A DNA stretch of 58,976 nt from an uncultured virus (IMG/VR IMGVR_UViG_3300015607_004939). Taxonomy: Duplodnaviria > Heunggongvirae > Uroviricota > Caudoviricetes. Each line of letters begins with the position of its first letter. Within the stretch, counting starts at the first letter, position 1. Positions 47,856 to 55,304 of this stretch are shown here, piece after piece. The position numbers were made by a program, and so were the translations under genes. The stretch lies in the IMG/VR virus record IMGVR_UViG_3300015607_004939; one strand, 5' to 3'. Below the pieces are notes generated by a model, which saw nothing but the letters and a program-made list of their open reading frames with translations, did no database searches and was not told the DNA's origin.

Positions 47856-48280
47856 GGTGCCCGCGCTGCGATGACACGATGACCGAGACGGGGCCGGACG
47901 GACCGCGCCCGTGCGTCGACGCCGTGCAGCACTGGCACGTGAAGCCCGAGCGCCACCCGGACGACGAGCTCGTCCTGGGCGGCGAGCATCAACTTCGAGT
48001 GGGGCTGGGAGAAGGGTGCCAGCATCAAGGCCCTCGAAGAGAAGCTCGACATACTCCTCTTCTACTCACTCCAGGGGCTCGCATGGACTGCATGGACCGC
48101 CTGAAGGCCGCGTGGGAGTGGTTCGTGGCCCTCTTCAACGAGGAGGAACCCGAGCCGACGTGTGCGTTCTGCGGGCACGCCGAAAGCCTGCACGCACCCG
48201 AATGTCGGGACGTCACCCCGAAGGGCTCTCGCACGTCCGACTGGTACTGTCGCTGCCAGGGGTTCGCCTCCCACCCTTGA
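47852..48280 (+). CDS. Cys-rich hypothetical protein (possibly two small genes)
   Basis: GTGA-coupled; CPRC; CAFCGHAESLH..C..CRC. Confidence 0.4.
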   Translation: MRCPRCDDTMTETGPDGPRPCVDAVQHWHVKPERHPDDELVLGGEHQLRVGLGEGCQHQGPRREARHTPLLLTPGARMDCMDRLKAAWEWFVALFNEEEPEPTCAFCGHAESLHAPECRDVTPKGSRTSDWYCRCQGFASHP

Positions 48281-48301
48281 GGGCCACATGAAGGGGGAGA
48301 G

Positions 48302-48332
48302 CGCCGGCCGCCCCAACGAAGGGCGGCCGGCG
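48302..48332 (-). terminator. 12-bp hairpin downstream of tRNA
   Basis: CGCCGGCCGCCC-7nt-GGGCGGCCGGCG between convergent units. Confidence 0.6.
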
Positions 48333-48343
48333 TTCGGGTGGGA

Positions 48344-48415
48344 TGGGGGCGGTGGGAGTCGAACCCACGACCGTGCGATCTAGAAGCGCCCGCTCTACCG
48401 CTGAGCTACGCCCCC
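48344..48415 (-). tRNA. tRNA with CTA anticodon (amber suppressor candidate)
   Basis: Acceptor GGGGGCG/CGCCCCC plus A73; D stem GCTC/GAGC; loop TTCTAGA; T arm GTGGG-TTCGACT-CCCAC; anticodon stem has two terminal mismatches; no encoded CCA. Confidence 0.8.
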
Positions 48416-48573
48416 GGAGGGGTCAGGTGGTGGTTCTCGCAGGGGTAGGTGATCTTGTTGTCAGGCCAGCGAACTGCGATCCGGCGACCGCCGCAGCCGT
48501 CCATCTGGCAGACGCGCGTGGTGCCAGTCGTCTCACCGACCTGGGACTTGTCTCGGTTATAGACCTTCGTCAT
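48406..48573 (-). CDS. 55-aa Cys protein ending at TAG inside the tRNA
   Basis: Manual translation MTKVYNRDKSQVGETTGTTRVCQMDGCGGRRIAVRWPDNKITYPCENHHLTPPGA; GAGGAG upstream. Confidence 0.6.
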   Translation of the reverse strand: MTKVYNRDKSQVGETTGTTRVCQMDGCGGRRIAVRWPDNKITYPCENHHLTPPGA

Positions 48574-49114
48574 CGAACCACTCCTCTTCCATCCCGTAGT
48601 TCTCGGCCGGCTCCAGCGTTCCGTTCTCGTCTTCGATCACGAATCGGCACTTCGGAGGAAGCATCGCATCGAGATCATCGAGAAGGCGCTGCCCGAGGAC
48701 GTGATCGGGAATGCCGTTCTTGGAGATGATCTTGAGGGAGTAGACGTGGACCTTCGGGCCGATCGACTCGTCCTTCTTGGGTTCGCCCCACGACTTGATT
48801 GCGGCTTCGAGCTGAGGAAGGTCTTCAGCTTCGTCGCTGAAAGCGGTGAGTACGATCCACTCCTCGCAGAGCATGAAAAGCCTGTGCAGCGTGGACTGTT
48901 CCTCGTAGAGGAAGTCGCCTCGCATGTACGCCCATCCTCCGTTCTTGTAGGTTCCTGCGATCTCTGCGATGCGTACGCCTCCGTTCTCGTACGGCCAGCA
49001 GGAGACGTCGATCTGGGTCTCTGCGTATTCGGCGCTCGTCGGATCGACAAGCACGGGCTTCAGTAGAATCTTCAGTGCTTCAATCGCGTCGTGGACGTAG
49101 TGATTCTTATTCAT
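48557..49114 (-). CDS. Hypothetical protein, lower GC
   Basis: GAGGAG RBS; 185 aa. Confidence 0.65.
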   Translation of the reverse strand: MNKNHYVHDAIEALKILLKPVLVDPTSAEYAETQIDVSCWPYENGGVRIAEIAGTYKNGGWAYMRGDFLYEEQSTLHRLFMLCEEWIVLTAFSDEAEDLPQLEAAIKSWGEPKKDESIGPKVHVYSLKIISKNGIPDHVLGQRLLDDLDAMLPPKCRFVIEDENGTLEPAENYGMEEEWFDDEGL

Positions 49115-49122
49115 GTTTCTCC

Positions 49123-49245
49123 TCAGTCGTTGATGACGCAGCCGACCCGGCCGGGGCCGAAGGGCGTCCAGTCGGGGTGCTCGACCTCGGGGTCGAGGGT
49201 CTCGATGATGAGGCAGCCCTTGTAGGCGTGCAGCTTGACCTTCAT
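49123..49245 (-). CDS. 40-aa protein
   Basis: AGGAG RBS; MKVKLHAYKGCLIIETLDPEVEHPDWTPFGPGRVGCVIND. Confidence 0.5.
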   Translation of the reverse strand: MKVKLHAYKGCLIIETLDPEVEHPDWTPFGPGRVGCVIND

Positions 49246-49254
49246 GGTGATCTC

Positions 49255-49497
49255 CTATCGGTGTCGTCGGGGACTGGGGGATTGATTCAGGGGGGACTCG
49301 AAGTCGTCGGTGCTCTCGCTGGGCGTCGAGTCGCTCTCCAGGAGCGGCTCACCGCACTCGCCGCACGTGAGCTCCGTGGCGGCCTCGTCGCTCGCGAACA
49401 CGGGAGTCTGCTCCTCGTCGTCAGGGTCCTCGTCCATGCAGTTGATGCAGAAGGCTTCACCAGGGATGGTGAAGCCCACGATCTCCCAGGCGTTCAT
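49255..49497 (-). CDS. Acidic Zn-finger protein
   Basis: ATGA-coupled; CINC..CGEC. Confidence 0.6.
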   Translation of the reverse strand: MNAWEIVGFTIPGEAFCINCMDEDPDDEEQTPVFASDEAATELTCGECGEPLLESDSTPSESTDDFESPLNQSPSPRRHR

Positions 49498-49751
49498 CGT
49501 TGCTTCTCCAGGGCATGGACGATCGTTTCCCGCACTTCCCGGTAATACCCACGCAACACGGCGGCCCGCGCCGTGTCGACGTTCTTCGTGTTGCCGAGAT
49601 CCAGGAGCATGAGGGTCTCCGCGCCCCCGTCGTCCAGGCCGACCCACTGAAGGATGGCGCCCTCGTCGATGTCGCCATCAAACGAGTTACCTGCACGCCA
49701 GTCGGCCACCGCAGCCGACGCACCTACTTCTTCGTATCTACGCTCGTCCAT
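49494..49751 (-). CDS. Hypothetical protein
   Basis: GGAGG RBS. Confidence 0.55.
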   Translation of the reverse strand: MDERRYEEVGASAAVADWRAGNSFDGDIDEGAILQWVGLDDGGAETLMLLDLGNTKNVDTARAAVLRGYYREVRETIVHALEKQR

Positions 49752-49805
49752 CTCAATCCTCCCGGAAAACGAAGCGGAAAAAGGAGTCCCAGGCGTCCAG
49801 CCATG

Positions 49806-50333
49806 TCACTGCTCCTGCGAGCGCGCGTACTCCAGCACGTCGAGCTCCGTCGGACGGTCGTGCCACGCGCCCTCGTCCGTCGTCGTGGTGGCGGGCAGCT
49901 CGTTCATCATCGCCGTGCCCCGCCCCACCGGGGAGCAGGCGGCCTTGCCGTCACCGAAGCACACGACCTTGAGCCCCATGGCACGGCCGATCGTGTGGGC
50001 CACCATGGCCCGGAAGGCCCGGGGGCTCGGGGCGCAGTAGGCGTCGACGTACGCCGTACGGCTCGCGACGTCGAAGTGGTAGCCGCTCGCGCAGTCGGTG
50101 ACTGCCGGAGCGAGGGTGACCCGGGCGCCCGGGTCGCGCGTCAGGCGGAACTCGGGGCCGAGGTGCCCCATGGCGTCGAGAGCGGCGCGGATCTCGTGCA
50201 GGTGCTCCTCGGCGAAGAGGTAGTCCACCTGGACGAGGACGACGGCCCGCCCCGGCGGGCACTCCCCGGCGGGCGGCGCGCCCATACAAGCGAGGGCGCA
50301 GAGGACAGTGAAGGCGAAGGCGATGTGTCGCAT
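49806..50333 (-). CDS. Secreted metzincin-like protein with degenerate active site
   Basis: Signal/lipoprotein-like N-terminus; AHTIGRAMGL in place of HExGHxxGL; AMMN Met-turn. Confidence 0.55.
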   Translation of the reverse strand: MRHIAFAFTVLCALACMGAPPAGECPPGRAVVLVQVDYLFAEEHLHEIRAALDAMGHLGPEFRLTRDPGARVTLAPAVTDCASGYHFDVASRTAYVDAYCAPSPRAFRAMVAHTIGRAMGLKVVCFGDGKAACSPVGRGTAMMNELPATTTTDEGAWHDRPTELDVLEYARSQEQ

Positions 50334-50437
50334 GAAGACCTCCGTGGCGGGGTGAAGCACCCGCTCCGATCTTGTACCCGTAACTTGACGGCTAAACGGA
50401 TGCGGCGCGTCGTGGCCCCCGAAAGGGGCCTCCCATC

Positions 50438-51100
50438 ATGTCCGCCGGATTCCACCACTCGAACGGCGACCCGCTGCTCAAGAGCGGCGCCTACCACACG
50501 AGCCTCACGCTCACGATGTCGGGCGCCGCCCTCAAGAAGTTCTTCGAGGAGCGCATCGCGAAGGCCACGGCGCGCAAGACGCAGGCGCTCGCGGCCGTCG
50601 AGACCTTCAACGCCAAGGCCCGCGCCGACAACGCCGCGATCGTGCGCAAGGGGCGCGAGAACATCGAGAAGCGCAAGCACGAACCGAGCGACCCGGCCGA
50701 GAACACCCCCGAGTACAAGAAGGCGTACGAGGGCGCCGTCGAGATGATCGAGGCCGAGTACGGCCCCGAGGGCACCGAGGCCGCCTGCAAGCGCCGCGTC
50801 GCCCGCGTCGAGGAGTACTTCGAGCGCGAGATCGAGGTGATGCGGCTCCTGGCCGACCACAGCGCCGAGGACGAGGTGAGCTACCTGGAGCCCGACGTGC
50901 TCATCCCGTACTACGAGGCCGAGCGCATGGACCTGGAGAGCAACCTGGGCGGCCTGCACGGCCACCGGCTCGCCCGCGCCCCGCGCTGGGACCGGTCGGC
51001 GAGCCTGGGCGAGATGCTCGGCGGGCGCGTCGAGGGGCGCGAGATGTCCGAGAGCCGGATGGTCGACAGCATGGTCAAGACCGCCGGCCCCCGCCCCTGA
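50438..51100 (+). CDS. Helical hypothetical protein
   Basis: Coding-like codon pattern, 220 aa. Confidence 0.65.
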   Translation: MSAGFHHSNGDPLLKSGAYHTSLTLTMSGAALKKFFEERIAKATARKTQALAAVETFNAKARADNAAIVRKGRENIEKRKHEPSDPAENTPEYKKAYEGAVEMIEAEYGPEGTEAACKRRVARVEEYFEREIEVMRLLADHSAEDEVSYLEPDVLIPYYEAERMDLESNLGGLHGHRLARAPRWDRSASLGEMLGGRVEGREMSESRMVDSMVKTAGPRP

Positions 51101-51101
51101 C

Positions 51102-51863
51102 TCAGGCCCGCTTCACGGTGCAGAGCGCACCGCCCTTCGCCCCCGCCCCGAACCCCAGACCCCACCCCGGCAGGATCACCACGGGCGTGTCCACGCGCAA
51201 GATCTGACCCGTGCCGGACGCCACCGGGAACGCCACGCTCCGATCGAAGGAAGGCCGGAGCGTGAGGGTCCACGCCTGCGAGCTCTCCAGGTGCGCCACG
51301 AACTGCATGAGCACGAGCGGGTCGGGCGAATCGAAGACGAACAGACCCCCGGCCGCGTCGCTCTCGAAGATCGTCTGGTTGTCGCGGCTCGTCTGCGGCT
51401 CCTCGCCCCCGGCCAGGAGCGCCGTGCCGAGGTCCGCCGGGTCCGTGCCGTCCTCGGTGAGCGAGGCGTAGCGGAAGGTCCAGGGCGCGCGCCCCGTGAG
51501 CATGTGGTCCGTGGTCTCGCGGTGCAGGCGCAGGGACTGCTGACGGCGCGGGTCGTTCACGGGGGCGTTGAGCGTCCGCACCAGCTCCCCGGCGCTCATG
51601 CCGGCGCCCGGACGGACCTTCACGTGCCCCGCGCCCCCGTAGTCGTACTCGGACTGCGCCTCGGTGCCGGCCGCCGCCAGCACCGAGAAGCGGACGCCGT
51701 TGGCCCAGTCGCCCAGGGAGCCGGCCTCGATGCGGACGCCGGACTCGCCCGACCCGATCTCCGCGAAGGCCCGTCCCTTCTCGGTCTCGGGGTCGAAGGG
51801 GGCCTCGGAGAAGTGGCCGAGCGTGGCGGGACGGGAGAAGTCGAACCGAACGAGCGTGCTCAT
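51102..51863 (-). CDS. Putative virion protein, paralog of 41362..42291
   Basis: TATGCT-N6-ATG; EAGSLGDWANGVRF module; GLFVFDSPDPLVLMQF..LPGW. Confidence 0.6.
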   Translation of the reverse strand: MSTLVRFDFSRPATLGHFSEAPFDPETEKGRAFAEIGSGESGVRIEAGSLGDWANGVRFSVLAAAGTEAQSEYDYGGAGHVKVRPGAGMSAGELVRTLNAPVNDPRRQQSLRLHRETTDHMLTGRAPWTFRYASLTEDGTDPADLGTALLAGGEEPQTSRDNQTIFESDAAGGLFVFDSPDPLVLMQFVAHLESSQAWTLTLRPSFDRSVAFPVASGTGQILRVDTPVVILPGWGLGFGAGAKGGALCTVKRA

Positions 51864-51869
51864 GCGCGA

Positions 51870-51900
51870 AGCATACGCCGTAGTCCGGCGGGTGTAGAGT
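51870..51900. promoter_or_regulatory. Candidate divergent promoters around TACGCCGTA
   Basis: TATGCT-N6-ATG(51863) on -, TAGAGT-N7-ATG(51908) on +. Confidence 0.6.
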
Positions 51901-51907
51901 GCCCTCC

Positions 51908-52297
51908 ATGCTGATCGTTGCGGACCAACTGCTCGCGCACGCCGTGGGAGACTACATGCTCCAGTCCGACTGGATGGCCACCGAGAAGACCAAGCGACTC
52001 TGGGTGGCGTTCGTCCACGCGGCCTGCTACTCGCTGCCGTTCCTCCTGCTCCGGCCCTCACTCGCCGCGTGGCTGGTGATCGTCGTGACGCGCGCGCTGA
52101 TCGACCGCTACCGGTTGGCGCGGTACTTCGTGTGGGCCAAGGAGTGGCTCTCGCCCAACCGACCGCCGCCGCTCGCCGAGTGCCCCATGGGCTACAACGC
52201 CGAAAAGCCTGCGTGGCTGGCGGTGTGGCTCCTCATCATCGCCGACAACGCCATGCACGTGGCCATCAACGGGGCCGCGCTCAAGTACCTCCTGTGA
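51908..52297 (+). CDS. DUF3307-family membrane protein
   Basis: LLAHAVGDYMLQSDWMATEK..HAACY..DNAMH. Confidence 0.8.
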   Translation: MLIVADQLLAHAVGDYMLQSDWMATEKTKRLWVAFVHAACYSLPFLLLRPSLAAWLVIVVTRALIDRYRLARYFVWAKEWLSPNRPPPLAECPMGYNAEKPAWLAVWLLIIADNAMHVAINGAALKYLL

Positions 52298-52878
52298 TCT
52301 CCGCGAAGTACGAGAAGCTCCGGCGCATGGCCGAGAGCACGACGGCTTCGGAGGCCGAGCGGGAGATGGCCCGGCGGCTCATGGAGCGCATGGAGGCCGA
52401 ACACCCCAAGGAGGTGCTCGTGTCTCTCGTGTGGCGCCTCACGCCCGTCTCTCGCCTCCAGCAATAGCTCACGATCCACCTCCGCGCCACGCACGGCGCG
52501 AGGCTCGACCAGGAGGCCGGCACCTTCATCGTCTCGGGGCCCAAGAGGGTCGTTCAGCGCGTGGAGTTCGAGTTCCTCTCCTACGCGCCTGTGCTCGACG
52601 AGATGGAGAACATGCTACTCCTCGCGTCACTCAAGGCGTGGAACGTCTTCTGCGAGACCCCACCCGCTGGCGTGCGGCCGGAGGGTGGGAACGAGGCTGC
52701 ACCACCCAAGACGCACTTGGAGAAGGTGCCGGGCCACATCGTGGAGGCGATGCTGAAGTCCAACTTCCAGCTCGCCAAGACGCAGGCGGTGCCGGACCTG
52801 CGGATGAAGCAACTGACGGCCCCCAAGCGCGAGCCCACGTGGTTCATGCAACAACTGATGGGAAGGAGCCCGTGGTGA
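52294..52878 (+). CDS. DUF2786-like protein with in-frame TAG at 52465-52467 (readthrough or pseudogene)
   Basis: KYEKLRRMAES..EAEREMARRLM; frame stays open and protein-like after the TAG through to TGA 52878. Confidence 0.65.
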
Positions 52879-52882
52879 ATCG

Positions 52883-53446
52883 GTGAAGACGCATACTTGT
52901 GCTCATTGCCGATCAGAGTTCAAGGCGTACGGGAAGCCGAAGTTCTGCTCAAAGTCCTGTCGAGAAACTGCCTCCGGCACGGTGATTCACAACTGCCCAA
53001 CCTGCAACAAACCGTTCAAGGTCATTCGGTCACGAATGACGAGAAGCAAGAATGTCTATTGCAGCGATTCTTGTCGGTCACAAAGGACCGTAGGTCGCGG
53101 ACCTGCCAACCCAATGTGGAAAGGTGGGTCTAAGGCCACCCAAGCACGGGCTTTACGGCGTATCTATGGCAACGACTGCATGCGCTGTGGTTGGAGTGAA
53201 GCTCAGACAGATGTGCACCACATCGAGCCGAAACGTGTGGCGCAGAACCACCAACTATCAAACCTCATCATCCTCTGCCCCAACTGTCATCGACTAGCGG
53301 ACAACGGAATCCTCAGCGTCGAGGTTCTTCAAGCGCTGAGAGATCGCGCGCCATCAAAGATTGATCCGAACGAGATCAGGACCGAAGCTGTTCCTCTTCT
53401 CGAAGTGAAGGACATAGCTGAATCCTCCTTCGAGCCAGACCGGTGA
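52883..53446 (+). CDS. HNH endonuclease with N-terminal Zn-finger repeats
   Basis: CAHC..FCSKSC, CPTC..YCSDSC, NPMWKGG, DVHH..NLIILCPNCH; visibly lower GC. Confidence 0.85.
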   Translation: MKTHTCAHCRSEFKAYGKPKFCSKSCRETASGTVIHNCPTCNKPFKVIRSRMTRSKNVYCSDSCRSQRTVGRGPANPMWKGGSKATQARALRRIYGNDCMRCGWSEAQTDVHHIEPKRVAQNHQLSNLIILCPNCHRLADNGILSVEVLQALRDRAPSKIDPNEIRTEAVPLLEVKDIAESSFEPDR

Positions 53447-53896
53447 CTTCCAGCGCCCGCACGCGTCCGTGTCCACGATGAACAGCGGCGTGTCGCGCCG
53501 GTTCTGGTCCCAGTCGACGGCCCGGTAGACGCGGATCTGCGCGTCCGGTACGCCCACCCCCGAGCGTGTCGCGTACTGGAGCGCGTCGCGACCCCCGAAG
53601 TCGTGGTCGAGGCGCAAGCGAGAGAGCATCCCCGCCGCCCGCGACGCCTGGGGCTGGAAGGGCCCTGTGTCTCCGTAGAGCTCGCCGCTGGGCCCGAGCG
53701 CGCGCACGCGGTAGATGGTCTGATCGGTCCCTTGCGGATCCTCGAAGCGGAAGCGGAAGCCCGCCTGCTCCCAGTAGGGCCCGGGGACCTGATGGGGCAC
53801 GGCCGCCAGGAAGCGCTCGCCCGCCTCGATCACCGAGAGCTCGTAGCGGCTGGGGGTGAGCTCCTCGGGCGGGGTCCAGTAGAAGAGAACGCTCAT
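53354..53896 (-). CDS. Putative virion protein with Ig/transthyretin-like domains
   Basis: TAACCT-N6-ATG; YRVRAL; GVPDAQIRVY..TDACGRW..YVLHF. Confidence 0.55.
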   Translation of the reverse strand: MSVLFYWTPPEELTPSRYELSVIEAGERFLAAVPHQVPGPYWEQAGFRFRFEDPQGTDQTIYRVRALGPSGELYGDTGPFQPQASRAAGMLSRLRLDHDFGGRDALQYATRSGVGVPDAQIRVYRAVDWDQNRRDTPLFIVDTDACGRWKSPVWLEGGFSYVLHFEKRNSFGPDLVRINL

Positions 53897-53905
53897 GCCC
53901 GAAGG

Positions 53906-54310
53906 TTAGACCCACGCCTCGTACGGCGTATCGTCGCCGTGATCGAAGGGCTCCCGGGGCCCGCCGCCGGCCCAGGGCGCCCTCACGATGAGCGCCAAGC
54001 CCTCGTCGGCGTGGGCTTGCGTGAGCGGCGTCAGGCGCAGCCGGTCCAGCCGAACGAAGGTGGGAATGTCGGCGTTGCCGGAGTCCGCAAGGTCCCACCA
54101 GTCCTGCGAACGCCGCCCGAGGTTGCAGGGGCGGCAGGCGGTGACGACGTTCGTGGGGTGGTGCGAGCCGCCCAGGGAGCGCGGCGTCAGGTGGTCGAGG
54201 GTGGGATCCTGCGTAAGACGATCACACCACGCACATCGGGCTCCATCCAGGCACGCGCCGTCCCGGACGTAGATCGCCCAGCGGGTGGTGCGCCGGATCC
54301 ACTGGCTCAA
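53906..54310 (-). CDS. HNH endonuclease
   Basis: IYVRDG..CAWC..TLDHLTPRSLGGSHHPTNVVTACRPCN. Confidence 0.85.
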   Translation of the reverse strand: MSQWIRRTTRWAIYVRDGACLDGARCAWCDRLTQDPTLDHLTPRSLGGSHHPTNVVTACRPCNLGRRSQDWWDLADSGNADIPTFVRLDRLRLTPLTQAHADEGLALIVRAPWAGGGPREPFDHGDDTPYEAWV

Positions 54311-55194
54311 TCGTCGAGCCCCGAGCCGAGCTGGGGCAGCCCCACGGGCTCCTCGATCCAGGTGACCTCCACGCCCTTGAGCTTCGAGCCGCGCTCGTAG
54401 TCGAACTTGTATCGCCGATCATCGTCATCCCAGGTTGTGACGAAGTAGTGGTCGACGGGCGAGTCCTTCCGGTCGTTCCAGTACTTGGTGTCCTTGGGGT
54501 CGTGGTCGGCGATCCAGCCGTCCTCATAACGCGCCACCCGCACCTTGCCCTTGCACCCGCGATGCTCGGCATCGCGGCGGATCATCCGCGCGCGGTCCAC
54601 GTCCGACATGCCGCCCGCGAGCAGCTTGGCTGCGCCGAACGACTCCAGCCTCGCCAAGCCCTCCTCGCTGGAGATCAGCTCGCGGAAGCGGCCCTTCAGG
54701 TCCAGGAGCTTGTCCTGCATCACCCCGAGCGCGAGCCACACCTCCTCGGTGTAGTAGATGAGCGTCTTGTAGGTGTCGCGACCCCGCCACTGGTGCGGGA
54801 AGGTGAGCTTGCCACGAATGTCCCACGACTCCTCGGCGTACTGGAGTCGCTCCTCATCGGTCTGCTCCTGATTCCAGCGCGCGGTCATGTACTTGCCGTC
54901 GAGGCGCTGCCAGATGTGATAGCGGGAGTAGTCGAAGCCGAAGAAGTGGTCCTCGTTGGCGACGAAGGGCTTGGTCTCCTCGATCTCAATCACGTCCTGC
55001 CATAGGGGGCGCACCGTGGCCTTGTCCATGCGCTCCCAGAGCGTGCGGACGAGCGCCTCGTGCGAGGCGCAAACAACATTGAGTCCGTAGAGCGTCGCCT
55101 TGAAGAGCTTGTCGTTCGGGTCGTAGAAGCAGTCGACCTTCTGGCCCGTCCGGTGAGTGAGCGTTTCGGTCAACCGCTGCTTGAACTTCGGCAT
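54307..55194 (-). CDS. Hypothetical protein
   Basis: 295-aa protein-like ORF. Confidence 0.65.
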   Translation of the reverse strand: MPKFKQRLTETLTHRTGQKVDCFYDPNDKLFKATLYGLNVVCASHEALVRTLWERMDKATVRPLWQDVIEIEETKPFVANEDHFFGFDYSRYHIWQRLDGKYMTARWNQEQTDEERLQYAEESWDIRGKLTFPHQWRGRDTYKTLIYYTEEVWLALGVMQDKLLDLKGRFRELISSEEGLARLESFGAAKLLAGGMSDVDRARMIRRDAEHRGCKGKVRVARYEDGWIADHDPKDTKYWNDRKDSPVDHYFVTTWDDDDRRYKFDYERGSKLKGVEVTWIEEPVGLPQLGSGLDD

Positions 55195-55257
55195 GCGCTC
55201 TTATATCCGATGGATTCGGTTTAGCTAAGTGGCTCAGGGCCACACGAAAGGGGAGAG

Positions 55258-55290
55258 CACCCCGGGCACCCGCGATGGGCGCCCGGGGTG
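55258..55290 (-). terminator. GC-rich hairpin after minus-strand operon
   Basis: CACCCCGGGCACCC/GGGCGCCCGGGGTG with one non-Watson-Crick pair; pyrimidine tail CTCTCCCCTTT on -. Confidence 0.55.
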
Positions 55291-55304
55291 GTCGGTGTGG
55301 TGGG

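Noticed and set aside
48379..48386. Reading the tRNA as Arg(TCT)
   Set aside because: That register leaves only two non-adjacent anticodon-stem pairs and removes base 26; CTA fits canonical spacing better
49123..49497. Second amber readthrough fusion (TAG 49255 in frame with ATG 49245)
   Set aside because: Downstream gene has its own AGGAG RBS; in-frame by one-in-three chance
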